This document shows, piece after piece, positions 51,646-64,000 of a stretch of DNA of 64,000 bases (its first letter is position 1; the number at the start of each line of letters is the position of its first letter). The notes under the pieces were generated by a model, which saw nothing but the letters and a program-made list of their open reading frames with translations, was not told the DNA's origin and did no database searches. The stretch comes from Antedon mediterranea (taxonomy: Eukaryota > Animalia > Echinodermata): NCBI RefSeq assembly GCF_964355755.1, contig NC_092673.1, forward strand, positions 12,372,948-12,436,947, given 5' to 3'. Made by a program: the position numbers and the translations under genes.

Positions 51646-52589
51646 ATATATATTCAGTTCAAAACGGTGCATTTTTGTTGTGAATACTATTAGCATTTTG
51701 CAAAGCACGCTCGTTGAGCTTGTGCACTCTTTGTGTTCATAATCAGTGTACCATGTCCCGCATACCTGGCTCAGCCTATGTGCCAGTTCTGCAGTACATT
51801 TCATTTCGAAACCTGAGCTGCACTGACAGATCTAATAAGATCGAAACAGTACTGTCTGCAGATTGGATATATATATATATTGTTCATTGCCTGATTTGTT
51901 TATTCATGACATGAGCTGTGACTGAGTGGACTCCTGGAATATGTCATCTTGTCTTATTGTTCTCTCCTTCTGGAAAGTAAACAGAGCCCTTATATTTGAC
52001 AAGTTCATTAGACAAGTGTAACAGCAATTTGATAAAAGGGACAGAAATGACCCTGGATCTACAAATATATAATGTACTTTTACATACCGTAATTATAATG
52101 AATACCACAGGCACAGAAAAATCATTGAACATTGTGGTGAAAAAATAATAAATGAATTAGTAAATTTGAAACGGTAAATATATGAGGATATTTGTGAATG
52201 GTGATGGCATTATGGTATTTTTTTTTCGTTGAGGTTGAACTTATAAAGAAATATTTCGACTGAAGTTATATATGAAATGTATCAATTGTTATGTTATAAA
52301 CATGATGATAAATTTCAACTTGAAATGTCATTGTAGTGAAGTATTGAATCTGTATGATGTTTTGAAAGAAATGCCACTGTGATATTAGATAGGGCTATAC
52401 TGTATATATGATTGAAGAATATAAGGTTGATTGTATGTTTTTGTAAATTTCACAGATGTCGTTAATCGTATACGTGATGTCCAACCCCATAGTCCATAGT
52501 GTCCGGATGAATTGTTACTGCACGGACAAAATGCATGTTATCTACAATACCTCAATGCCTGAGAAGCGGGCCACAGAGTTAAAAAAAAA

Positions 52590-55298
52590 AAATTTGTAAG
52601 AAATAATCAATGTGTATGATACATCGAAGGTAACTTACCAAAGGAGAATGCTTAAATAGCCTTCGCTAACCATTCACTAGGCATTCGAATGCTAATTTAC
52701 AGGTAATTTTTAGAATTTAGGCATTCATGGTTAAAACCACTTAATCGGAATGCTAAGAAAAGTTTCCAAGCATTCTTTAGGAATGCTTACAAGAGTCAAT
52801 AAGCATTCAGAAGCTATCCCGAATGGTAGTGTGAATGCTAAGTTCATTGGTAGCATTCAGGGAGATATTTTGAATGGTAGTGTGAATGCTAAGATCATTG
52901 GTAGCATTCGGGAAGAGATTTTGAATGGTAGTGTGAATGCCAAGATCATTGGTAGCATTCAGGGAGATATTCTGAATGGTATTGTGAATGCTAAGAACAT
53001 TGGTAGCATTCAGGGAGATATTTTGAATGGTAGTGTGAATGCTAAGAACATTGGTAGCATTCAGGGAGATATGTTGAATGGTAGTGTGAATGCTAAGATC
53101 ATTGGTAGCATTCAGGAAGAGATTTTGAATGGTAAACAGGGAAATAATTGAATGCTCAACCAATCAGATCAATCGTCACCAACTGCCAAAAAAACAACAA
53201 CCAATTCAAATTCAAGAGACCAATGGCTAGAGAAAGGCTGACTGCAGCCTTCCTTCTTTTTACAGCTTACCTGCTGGCAACCCTGACACAGATTTTGTTG
53301 ATATAAAAGGTATTGTAGCTAGTAGCTATACTTGTTCTTTTATCATTCTGTATTTGGCTACTAACTAGCTAGGCCTAATAATAATAGGAGGAGTATAGCC
53401 ACACACATCCTACTAAGTTGAGTTAAGCAGAGAGGGACCAGGGCTAGGCTACAGTAGATAGTGAGTGGTTTGGGATTCAGTGGTGGTGGTACTATCAAAA
53501 AGTATCAAACGTCGAATCCCCTAAGTCACTCCCTGGTTATATTGTGTAGCTGGCCTAGGCTAGTTATAGTATACTCTAGAACCACATTGTATCACTGATC
53601 AAAAAGAAGGGCTAACTAAACTATATATAAAAGCAATTTTAAATAATGCCAACATTTGAAATGAATAAAAACAGTAACACAACAAGTATTTATTTTAAAA
53701 AAGGTAAATATTAAATAAAATCCTTTTTATTAAACCTGAATGATACTAATATAATAGTTCTACAGACTAGAGAATATAGTGCATAATTCAGTTTTATCTG
53801 CTATATACTGACTGTACATAAAGGAACATGCCATGCCATTTGAGGTATTTAACTATAAATTTTAAATCTATTTTATCATGTTCATGTCTTATAAACATGC
53901 CTTCAATGATCAATTAAATATGAGGGAAAATTGAATCCCACCATTTCTCTTTGTTTTAATTGCTTAATCATTCTTTTTATCTTTAATTTCTTTTCTCAGG
54001 GTTGCGGTTTTTTATTTCATTAACATATTTCCATATTTTTTTTGAAGAGTATATCAAGGTCGTGGCAGTAAAAAATGATTGGACTCCTGTTAGCCCGGTA
54101 GAATTTAACAAGAAGTTTGTGTCTAAATGCACCAATGCACGCAGGAGTCTACATAAATAGATAAATATTTTATATATAATTTTTATTTTCATTTATCATA
54201 TCTTTATATTCTCAATTTTGTCCAAGTATTCTCACTTGCACAGATAAAGCATTGTCATTTTTTAAAGTAATTTGCCTCTTTTATATATATATATATATAT
54301 TTCTTTGAAGATGCCTCCATAAGGAAATTCATGGTGTCAATTGAAGTTTTAAATTAAATGTTTTAAAGTAGTTAATTTTGATAATTGTTCATTTGTATGG
54401 CCTTTTTGTCATATACAGTATAAGTATTACACTCTCTTGCTGTTTATACGTTTGATAGCTTTTTGATACTTTATTTCTGTTTGGGGATGTTAAATATCGA
54501 GTATCGACGAAAATATATTAATTAAATTTGATTTTTTAAAAATTAAAGTAAAGACATCTTTTATTTTAATGTTTCTTATTGTATATTTGAAGAATTTTTT
54601 CGCTTTTCATTTTAGATTCTTCATAAAAAAAGTATCATTGATCATAAACTTAAGAGATTCAACTCACTTTGCAATCCTGCTGCTGTCCCGCCCAACAATG
54701 TATAGTACTGTATGTGAATGCATCCCATGCTGAAAGTGAGAAATCTGGATCACAACATTTCCCACTATAGAATTTGAATGCTTTAGCATTCAATTCGCTC
54801 ACTAGCATTCACAGTGTAACAGTGTACCAATATTTGAATGTGTAGTTTTGAATGCTAGACCACGCCCACTAAAAAAGCTCACTAGCACATTCATCTACTA
54901 GCATTCGAATGCTAGTATAGCATTCAACTAGTAGCATTCGAATGCTACTTTTAGCATTCGAATGCTAGTGCTACCATTCACATGCTTAGCTCATTTACAT
55001 AATTCGGCTCCCTGGAAGGCTTAGCGAAGGCTTAGTGAATGCTAAGAAGCATTCGAAGGAAGGCTTAGTGAAGGCTTAGCGAAGGCTTAGTGAATGCTAA
55101 GAAGCATTCGAATGCTAAATTCAGTCATTGAATGCTTATATACCACTAGTATTCGAATGCTAAGTATTAGCCCTTCGAATGCCAATAATAGCATTCCAGG
55201 AGTAGCATTCGAATGCTTTGTGAATGGTAAGCGAAGGCATTCAGCTTTGGTAAGTACCTTCGATGTATCATACACATTGATATAGTTCTTACAAATTT
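52590..55298. mobile_element. Non-autonomous TIR element with GAATGC/GCATTC subterminal arrays (EnSpm-like architecture)
   Basis: About 100 bp of inverted homology (ATCAATGTGTATGATACATCGAAGGTA.CTTACCAAAG); dense GCATTCGAATGC palindromes at both ends. Confidence 0.75.
52821..53133. repeat. 51-bp tandem repeat (6 copies plus a partial)
   Basis: GAATGGTAGTGTGAATGCTAAGATCATTGGTAGCATTCAGGGAGATATTTT; each unit holds a GAATGCTA/TAGCATTC hairpin. Confidence 0.9.
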
Positions 55299-55742
55299 GT
55301 AAGCAAATTTAATTTCATCTTGTTATTTATACAAATCTTTATGATATGGTTATACTTGAAGTAGTAGTATTATTATTTGAGTTTTATTATTTCATTGTCA
55401 CGGAACGATGTATTTTATTTTTTATTTTGCTTAGGCAATCATATTGGAATATGCGCGCATGTGTTGGTTCAGTAATGTTACCTATGTTGCACTGTATAAA
55501 CTTGTATTATAGACCGTTCTGTAGGTTTACATTTACTGTATTTTGTGTGATGCATAAAAGTACAATTTAGCATTAGCAAACATGCATCAGGTCGTCGAAT
55601 GGGACATCAATGTTTTGCTCATATTTTAATACACAAACATTAAGATGTGTTATGTACCTGTTATCTATTTCGAGACCTTGAATCACAAAGAAGACATATA
55701 ATAATAGGCAGAAATGATGAATTGAAATGTGGTTGTTATGTT

Positions 55743-58700
55743 GGGTTTCCCGGTAGTTGAAAGTCTCATTTCAATTGTAGCGATAAATAAAAGTAATAAA
55801 TAAAATCTGTATTTGTTTGGACGTGTGAATATCAAGTGGAGGGTTGGTTATCTTATATTTTTAGCATTTGTAAAAATGATTTGTTAATTAATTGTGAGTA
55901 TACAACATTATTTATTGTTAGTACAGTATATCAGTTTATGGTTTCAAATAATTGAACTTTTGGTTTTACATAGGTATTCAAGACATCGTCGTTTGTCGTT
56001 TCTAATGAAATAATCGAAGACTTTTTTCATCCAGAAGAAACACTTGCCTTGGCACTAGCTTCTCCTGAGAAGAGGATGTTAAACAGTATCGGGCATGGTG
56101 GAACAGGTAATTGAATAATGATAAAAGTGTTAATTGAGAAGTAAAATTGAGCAATAACAAATTGTAAATGTGCATAGAGTATTTGTTTACTGTACATTTA
56201 GACTGTATGTAATGTGTATGTTAATTTTCATTGTATATATTGTGATACCGTTATTAGTATTGGTTTTCGATCAGTTTGTATGTGTAGGAGGGAGGTACCG
56301 AGACGATCTGATATATTATGTAGTATTGAATTTATTAACGGAAAACAATTGAAGGGTTGTTAATGAACTGGTATGAGAAACGTTACAACTATAGTGCTGT
56401 ACTGTAATAATTAAATTGTGGACATGGTATATTTTTCAAGATTGGTGTTTCATTAAGAAATATTGTGTGTTGAAGAATTTTCATGCAAGAGATGTGAAAA
56501 TATCTGATGCTGGAAGCACTATGACGTGCAAAAAATGAGTTCGCCTCCGAGGGATAACGTAGAAAAAGAAGACATGACATTATTCACGAAGAATGTCCAT
56601 TAAGAAAAGAAGAAGAGAGCGACGTAGATGAACACTTAAGTGGAGCATCTTACAATACCGATTTCAACAGGGATAACGTAGAAAAAGAAGACATACGTCG
56701 TTCATGAAGAATGTCCCATTAAGAAGAGAAGAAGAGAGCGACGTAGATGAGCACTTAAGTGGAGCATCTGACAATACAGATTTCAACAGGCATACCGTAG
56801 AAAAAGAAGACATACGTCGTTCATGAAGAATGTCCCATTAAGAAGAGAAGAAGATAGTGACGTAGATGAACACTTAAGTGGAGCATCTGACAATACAGAT
56901 TTCAACAGGCATACCGTAGAAACAGAAGACATACGTCGTTCATGAAGAATGTCCCATGAAGAGAGCGACGTAGATGAACACTTAAGTGGAGCATCTGACA
57001 ATACAGATTTCAACAGGCATACCGTAGAAAAAGAAGACATACGTCGTTCATGAAGAATGTCCCATTAAGAAGAGAAGAAGAGAGCGACGTAGATGAACAC
57101 TTAAGTGGAGCATCTGACAATACAGATTTCAACAGGCATACCGTAGAAACAGAAGACATACGTCGTTCATGAAGAATGTCCCATTAAGAAGAGAAGAAGA
57201 GAGCGACGTAGATGTACACTTAAGTGGAGCATCTGACAATACAGATTTCAACAGGGATAACGTAGAAAAAGAAGACATACGTCGTTCATGAAGAATGTCC
57301 GAATAGAAATGGCTACTATAGGCAAGTGTTTTGCTGAACCAATCGGAGAACAAGTAGGCCTAATCAAAAATTAAAAAGTCCAAGAACTGCACATTTTACA
57401 ATAACAAAAGAAAAATGGAGCGAAGTATGTGAACACTTACGAGGAAAGTATTTTGAAACGAATACCTAAAAAGACTTGTTGAAAAAGACACGACTCACAT
57501 AGTTTTGGCAGGCAATGTTGATGATCTTGTACTAGTAAGCAGTATCACATGAGGCAAATATATTGTGCATACTTCACAGTGACAAGCTTAAAAGCCTACA
57601 CATCAAAATGAAAAATAAAATGGGAGTCAGAGAGTCAAAACAAAAAGTGAAAGGCTTTGTTTTACTTGTATTTACTGGACCGAGGCAGGTATTTGCCTAT
57701 GGCATGTTAGTGTTTCCATTTCTCGTCAAATAAATATGGACATAGCCATGGCCTTTATAATGGCAATCCTGTCGGAGTTTAATAACGAGACTGGGAATTC
57801 CAGGATCGTTGTTGGCGAATTGTCACAGGAAATGCTTTAGATAATGACATCGAGCTTAAAACTATCCCTCACGCATGTACATCACATGTAATATAAGATG
57901 TAAAGAAATCATGCAAGAAGCGGGAAATATGGATATGTCTTGATAACGATTAGTACATGATTGCTTGTTTTATTTCATTTACGCAATAGCTATAAAACAA
58001 AGACCCTGTTGTTTACGTACTTGCTTTACAAGGTGGGCAAAGCAGACAATTAAAGGTGCAAGAGAAACTGTAACAGAGGAAAACAAAACAATTGAAAACA
58101 ATGCTCGATTTGGACCTAAATATATGGAGGATATTAAAAAGCTGCTCCTCCCAACGCTTCCGCTTTCGTCCTGTTTAATGCTTGGAAATCTACAGCACCA
58201 TAGGGTTTCCCGGTAGTTGACAGTCTCATTTCAATTGTAGCAATAAATAAAAGTAATAAATAAAATCTGTATTTGTTTGGACGTATGAATATCAAGTGGA
58301 GGGTTGGTTATCTTATATTTTTAGCATTTGTAAAAATGATTTGTTAATTAATTGTGAGTATACAACATTATTTATTGTTAGTACAGTATATCAGTTTATG
58401 GTTTCAAATTGAACTTTTGGTTTTACATAGGTATTCAAGACATCGTCGTTTGTCATTTCTAATGAAATAATCGAAGACTTTTTTCATCCAGAAGAAGAAA
58501 CACTTGCCTTGAGAAGAGGATGTTAAACAGTATCGGGCATGGTGGAACAGGTAATTGAATAATGATAAAAGTGTTAATTGAGAAGTAAAATGTAGCAATC
58601 ATATAACAAATTGTAAATGTGCATGTAGTATTTGTTTACTGTACATTTAGACTGTATGTAATGTGTATGTTAATTTTCATTGTATTTATTGTGATACCGT

Positions 58701-59869
58701 TATTAGTATTGGTTTTCGATCAGTTGTATGTTTAGGAGGGAGGTACCGAGACGATCTGGTATATTATGTAGTATTGAATTTATTAACGGAAAACAATTGA
58801 AGGGTTGTTAATGAACTGGTATGAGAAACGTTACAACTATAGTGCTGTACTGTAATAATTAAATTGTGGACATGGTATATTTTTCTAGATTGGTGTTTCA
58901 TTAAGAAATATTGTGTGTTGAAGAATGTCCATTAAGAAAAGAAGAAGAGAACGACATAGATGAACACTTAAGTGGAGCATCTTACAATACCGATTTCAAC
59001 AGGGATAACGTAGAAACAGAAGACATACGTCGTTCATGAAGAATGTCCCATTAAGAAGAGAAGAAGAGAGCGACGTAGATGTACACTTAAGTGGAGCATC
59101 TGACAATACAGATTTCAACAGGGATAACGTAGAAACAGAAGACATACGTCGTTCATGAAGAATGTCCCATTAAGAAGAGAAGAAGAGAGCGACGTAGATG
59201 TACACTTAAGTGGAGCATCTGACAATACAGATTTCAACAGGGATAACGTAGAAAAAGAAGACATACGTCGTTCATGAAGAATGTCCGAATAGAAATGGCT
59301 ACTATAGGCAAGTGTTTTGCTGAACCAATCGGAGAACAAGTAGGCCTAATCAAAAATTGAAAAGTCCAAGAACTGCACATTTTACAATAACAAAAGAAAA
59401 ATGGAGCGAAGTATGTGAACACTTACGAGGAAATTATTTTGGAACGAATACCTAAAAAGACTTGGTGAAAAAAACACGACTCACATAGTTTTGGCAGGCA
59501 ATGTTGATGATCTTGTACTAGTAAGCAGTATCACATGAGGCAAATACATTGTGCATACTTCACAGTGACAAGCTTAAAAGCCTACACATCAAAATTAAAA
59601 ATAAAATGGAGTCAGAGAGTCAAAACAAAAAGTGAAAGGCTTTGTTTTACTTGTATTTACTGGACCGAGGCAGGTATTTGCCTATGGCATGTTAGTGTTT
59701 CCATTTCTCGTCAAATAAATATGGACATAGCCATGGCCTTTATAATGGCAATCCTGTCGGAGTTTAATAACGAGACTGGGAATTCCTGGATCGTTGTTGG
59801 CGAATTGTCACAGGAAATGCTTTAGATAATGACATCGAGCTTAAAACTATCCCTCACGCATGTACATCA
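55743..59869 (+). repeat. Local direct segmental duplication (55743-~57885 vs 58203-~59869)
   Basis: Both copies start GGGTTTCCCGGTAGTTGA and run collinearly to CACGCATGTACATCAC; further partial copies at about 60690-60970. Confidence 0.9.
56588..57300. repeat. 119-bp minisatellite (6 copies; 3 copies at 58920-59286)
   Basis: Units start at 56588, 56706, 56825, 56944 (108 bp), 57052 and 57171. Confidence 0.9.
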
Positions 59870-60600
59870 CTGTACATCATTGTACAAGAAGAAAGATTCA
59901 ACCAATTAAAAAACATACATTCTTCAGAACAAATCCCAGCACAGTCGTCTCGATGTGTTCTCAGACTTTAGCACTCAAAAACGTATAGAAAAATAGGACC
60001 AGAAAGGTTAGAAGAAAGAAGACAATCCCCGTGGAAGAGAGATGGAATAAGATGCGAAAACAGTCCGACACATTATGAGACAAAAAATACGGCCAACAAA
60101 CCCTTTCAAAGTTACATAATCGGATAAGAAAAGGACAAGTGGAACAGTGATTGAGAGTAAGCAGAAGAAAAATAAACCCAACAAGGGTGACGCTGCTTAC
60201 ATAACACATGATGTGGATGTTGAACAGGAACGAAAAAGAAAGAAGAATTACATCACCAAACCTACAGCAAAAATTCATTGCACTTCTAAACTTGCACAAC
60301 AATTATTGGTTCAATGCCAACGTATATATTATATTGACATCTTTCGACATTCTGTTAAAGGTACCTGACAGTAATAAATGAAATTATTCGAGTTTCTTAA
60401 GATCTACAAGACCAACAAATCAATTAAATATAAGAATATTCAACCATTGTTGAATGTACTTTCGGTTGACGAACTTCAGTACATGGACAACAAAATGATC
60501 CTCATTGAATTTATTTCACGCCAAATATGCATAATGATGTCCACTATTCGGCTTAGAAAATGTAACATGCAACAACTGTGATGACACCAAATCAATTTTC
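57300..60600 (+). pseudogene. Probable Mutator (NOF/FB-like) transposase remnants
   Basis: MDIAMAFIMAILSEFNNE, HACTSHVI, LPTLPLSSCLMLGNL and PVEERW resemble recalled NOF-type motifs; heavily frameshifted. Confidence 0.4.
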
Positions 60601-60994
60601 AAACAATCACGGAGATCAATATGTGAGAATTGTGGATGTAGGCATGTTAAAAAAATGAAAACTGTTCCAAATGTGTTGGTGATTCTATAAACTTGTATAT
60701 ACAGACCGTTTGGTAGGTTTAGAGTTACTGTATTTTGTGTGATAGTATTTGTTTACTGTACATTTAGACTGTATGTAATGTGTACGGTATGTTAATTTTC
60801 ATTGTATTTATTGTGATACCGTTTATAGTATTGGTTTTCGATCAGTTGTATGTTTAGGAGGAAGGTACCGAGACGATCTGGTATATTATGTAGTGCTGTG
60901 CTGTAATAATTAAAATGTGGACATGGTATATTTTTCAAGATTGGTGTTTTATTAAGAAATATCGTGTGAAGAATGTTCGTTTACTTAAAAGATA

Positions 60995-62130
60995 TAGTAA
61001 AAGAAATGTTGTTTTGAATATTGCAGGTGTATCCTATGAGGGTGGACAAGAAGTGGAGAAGATTGGATTTTAAATTGACAGATGGAAGCACAAACATGAA
61101 ATGTAAACTCTGGAATGAGTTCGCCTCCGAGGTGGGAGAAGGAAATGTCGGGTCCATGGTGACCTAAAGTAATGTTGAGGTGGACACCTACAACAATGTG
61201 AAGTATTTACAATCGACGGATTTAACAACAGTAGAGGTAAGGTGTTTAAAAAAAAATTATTTATCGATATTAAATAAATGTATTGTTGACAAAGTGTATA
61301 TACTGTACTTGGATTTTCAAGATATGTTATTATTACTGTAATCGTGGTTGTCATTGTCATTGTAGTAATGAATGTTTTGTCGGGAAATGTGTTATTTAAA
61401 CAGTGGTTACAATATCGTTCAATGTAAATGAAAGCCTGTTTACTAATTCGTTAATTATTGAAATAACTAGGAAGTGTGTTTTTTTTTATAGATTTCTGAA
61501 GACATTGTAGAGAGTAAAGAAGAAAAGATTACAGAAGTTGGAGTAGATGAAGACGAGTACGTATATTTTGACATTATTACATTACTGCATGTGCACGCCA
61601 TAAGAATGTTTCCTGCTTGGCATGGGTCTCTGATCATCCGTCTAATGTCAAAAAAATCAACTAATTAATTTACTACTGTACATATTATATGAATTATTAC
61701 TTTGTTATCTGACATAACCCACTATGATCTTTTTTTCAAGGAACTGAATATATTAAAATGTGTGGGTTGAAGAATGTTCATGCAAGAGATGTGAAAAAGG
61801 AATGTTCCTTTAATTAACAGCTATAGTAAAAGAAATATTGTTTTGAATATTGCAGGTGTATCCTATGAGGGTGGACAAGAAGTGGAGAAGATTGGACTTT
61901 AAATTGACAGATGGAAGCACAAGCATGAAATGTAAACTCTGGAACGAGTTTTCCTCCGAAGTGGGAAAGAAAATATGGGTCGAAGGTGACATTAAATAAT
62001 GTTGAGGTGGATACCTACCTTTATTTAAACAGTGGTTACAATATCGTTCAATGTAAATAAGCCTGTTTACTAGTTTGTTAATTATTGAAATAACTAGGAA
62101 GTTTAGATTTCTAAAGACATTGTAGTCTGT
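60995..62130 (+). repeat. Local direct duplication (~60995-61510 vs ~61822-62125)
   Basis: Shared TATAGTAAAAGAAAT...GGTGGACAAGAAGTGGAGAAG...TAATGTTGAGGTGGA and TTTAAACAGTGGTTACAATATCG blocks. Confidence 0.75.
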
Positions 62131-62139
62131 CAATCAGTC

Positions 62140-63960
62140 GGCAGATTTTAACTTTTAATGATACGTTGAGTCTGGAAAAAGAGAAAAAACTACAGTTTGG
62201 TTTCTACAGGCATGTTTTGTGAGTCTTTGATGAAAAAAAATCAATTACAACGTTTACATGTAGAATTAGCATGTAGCTGAGTTCAGTTGAGTTTCTAGAA
62301 CGTGTATGCCGGAATGATGAGGTGTCATTTCTGTACCGTGTCTTAAAATCATTTTCAGTGAGATCGATATCAGTTTCCGAAGTGGATTTGTCTTTGCGTG
62401 TCACTGTGACTTGGTATATTACAGACGATTGTAGCTAATTTCCATTAAGCGGGCATGTGTCTTTCTGTCAGCAGTTGCATGTTTTGTTTTCTTGTGTGTT
62501 TACCACGGATGTTGATTCAGGCTGGTTAAGTATTCTCTTGTTGTGACTGTCTATTATCTGTTTCATATTGTTCATACAGCTGTAGCTAATCTTGGTGGTG
62601 TTTCGGTTAAAGATTTTCCTTAGTTTGTTATCTTTTGGAAAATGTTTGTCCACTAAGGATAAGAATTTCTTTCCAATGTTTGTGCTAACGTTTTTGCTGA
62701 ACGGTGGGTTGTAACAGAGAATGTCTTTTCGTTGTCTGTTTTTTCGTCTGCTCTGGGTTACCGGCTCATATTTTAGTGTGTGCTGGTATCCACTGTCGAT
62801 AAGAGCTTTTTGGTTTACAGGGGCGGCTTGGTTGAATGAGTTCTTGTCGGATGACAAGGATGAGAGTCATTTATTTATTCCGGCATTACTGTAACGTGGC
62901 ATTTGGTTTGGTGTAAGGCTGGTATGTGTTCCTGGTTAGATTGAGTGTGACGTCTAGGAAGTTAATGACTTGTTTGTTTGCTTCTATATGGTTATACGTA
63001 AGCATATGTGGCATATGTATTTTTTAATGTTTTCTGTAACTTTAGGTGTGGTGTCTGTGACGACAAGGTCGTCATCTCTGTAAAGTCCTATATTGATTCT
63101 TAGTTTCTTTTGTAACTGGTATAACAGGAAGCTTCCAACAAGTTCGCCATTTTCTGGACCATCATAACTACCCATAGTCACATCAAATGATGTGGGAACT
63201 TTCTTTTGCCATGGTTGCTGTTTGTGTGACAATGTTGATTTTTTGGTTCAGTATGTATTATGTCTCTTTCGTCAATGGTAATATCTTCGTAGCTAGCAGC
63301 TATGTCTTGTGCTTTGTTCAGCAGATCATTGCTGATAGAGATAGATAATAGACAGTCATCCGTGGTAAACACACAAGAAAACAAAACATGCAACTGCCGA
63401 CAGAAAGACACATGCCCGCCTTAACGGAAATTGGCTACAATCATCTGTAACATACCAAGCCACAGTGACACGCAAAGACAAATCCACTTTGAAAACTTAT
63501 ATTGGTCTCACTAAAAATTATTTTAAGACACGGTACAGAAATCTCACCTCATCATTAAACATATTTTGACACTCAAAGACAACAACACAGATTATTCAAT
63601 CTCATGGCGCATCTTGTCATCTACTAAAGCATATAGTAGTGCAAACAAAAAATGCAACTTCTGCCTCAAAGAGAAATTATTTATCATCCGCCACCCTGAA
63701 TTATTGACATTAAACAAACGTAACGAACTTGTGTCCTCTTGCCGTTACAGAAAGAAAGCATTATAACATTCCAAAACATAGCACCTGTACATGCTAATTC
63801 TACAAGTAAATATGCTTATAAAAGCAATGTTGTAATTGTTTTTTTCATTGATGTCTCCTGATGGGCGAGTTGCACGACTCATGAAACAGGCCTGTAGAGA
63901 CCAAACTGTAGTTTTTCTCGTTTTCCATACTCAACGTATATTTTAGCTCTACTTGACTGT
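62140..63960 (-). mobile_element. Penelope-like retroelement, 5'-truncated, with an inverted pLTR
   Basis: Minus strand: FDVTMGSYDG, GLYRDD, YNPPFSKNVSTNIG, ISYSCMNNM and the GIY-YIG region (VIYQVTV...LTENDFKTRY). The plus strand at 63358-63960 repeats the GIY-YIG/3' end in inverted orientation. Confidence 0.9.
63853..63901 (+). ncRNA. Minimal type I hammerhead ribozyme motif in the Penelope pLTR
   Basis: GTCTC-CTGATGG-[GAGT/ACTC stem]-GAAAC-AGGCCT-GTA-GAGAC; core reads CUGAUGG instead of CUGAUGA. Confidence 0.75.
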
Positions 63961-64000
63961 ATTGAACACTTTTTAGACTGTTACATTGAACTGAATATTT

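Noticed and set aside
52750-53163. Repeat-protein ORFs on both strands
   Set aside because: By-product of a 51-bp non-coding subterminal repeat that lacks stop codons.
56783-59422. Minus-strand ORFs in the 119-bp minisatellite
   Set aside because: The unit length is not a multiple of three and no motifs are recognisable.

Overview
AT-rich eukaryotic (animal, probably marine invertebrate; taxon is inference only) genomic DNA made almost entirely of nested transposable elements and their decayed coding remnants. I found no intact host gene, rRNA, true tRNA or CRISPR array. From left to right: CACTA/EnSpm-Mirage remnants; a minus-strand LINE split by an Academ-like element and a DINE-1/HINE-like element; a Ginger1 element (TGT..ACA, CTTC TSD, integrase C-terminus plus OTU); a decayed Helentron/Helitron RepHel interrupted by an apparently intact 3.3-kb L2-type LINE (1037-aa ORF); a HECT pseudogene; several MITEs; an 11.3-kb nest in which a ~1-kb MITE holds a Gypsy element, a CR1/Crack-type LINE and two Kolobok elements in tandem; a TIR element holding a higher-order satellite; a local segmental duplication with a variable minisatellite; and a Penelope element with an inverted pLTR and a hammerhead motif. 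The most unusual observations are (i) a Kolobok element whose two convergent genes start from homologous promoter and N-terminal modules, and (ii) repeat-copy comparisons showing TA expanded to TAGGCCTA, TAGCCTA or TACGGTA, which look like pervasive excision footprints. All alignments and family calls were made by eye and from recall of family motifs; no database searches were run.
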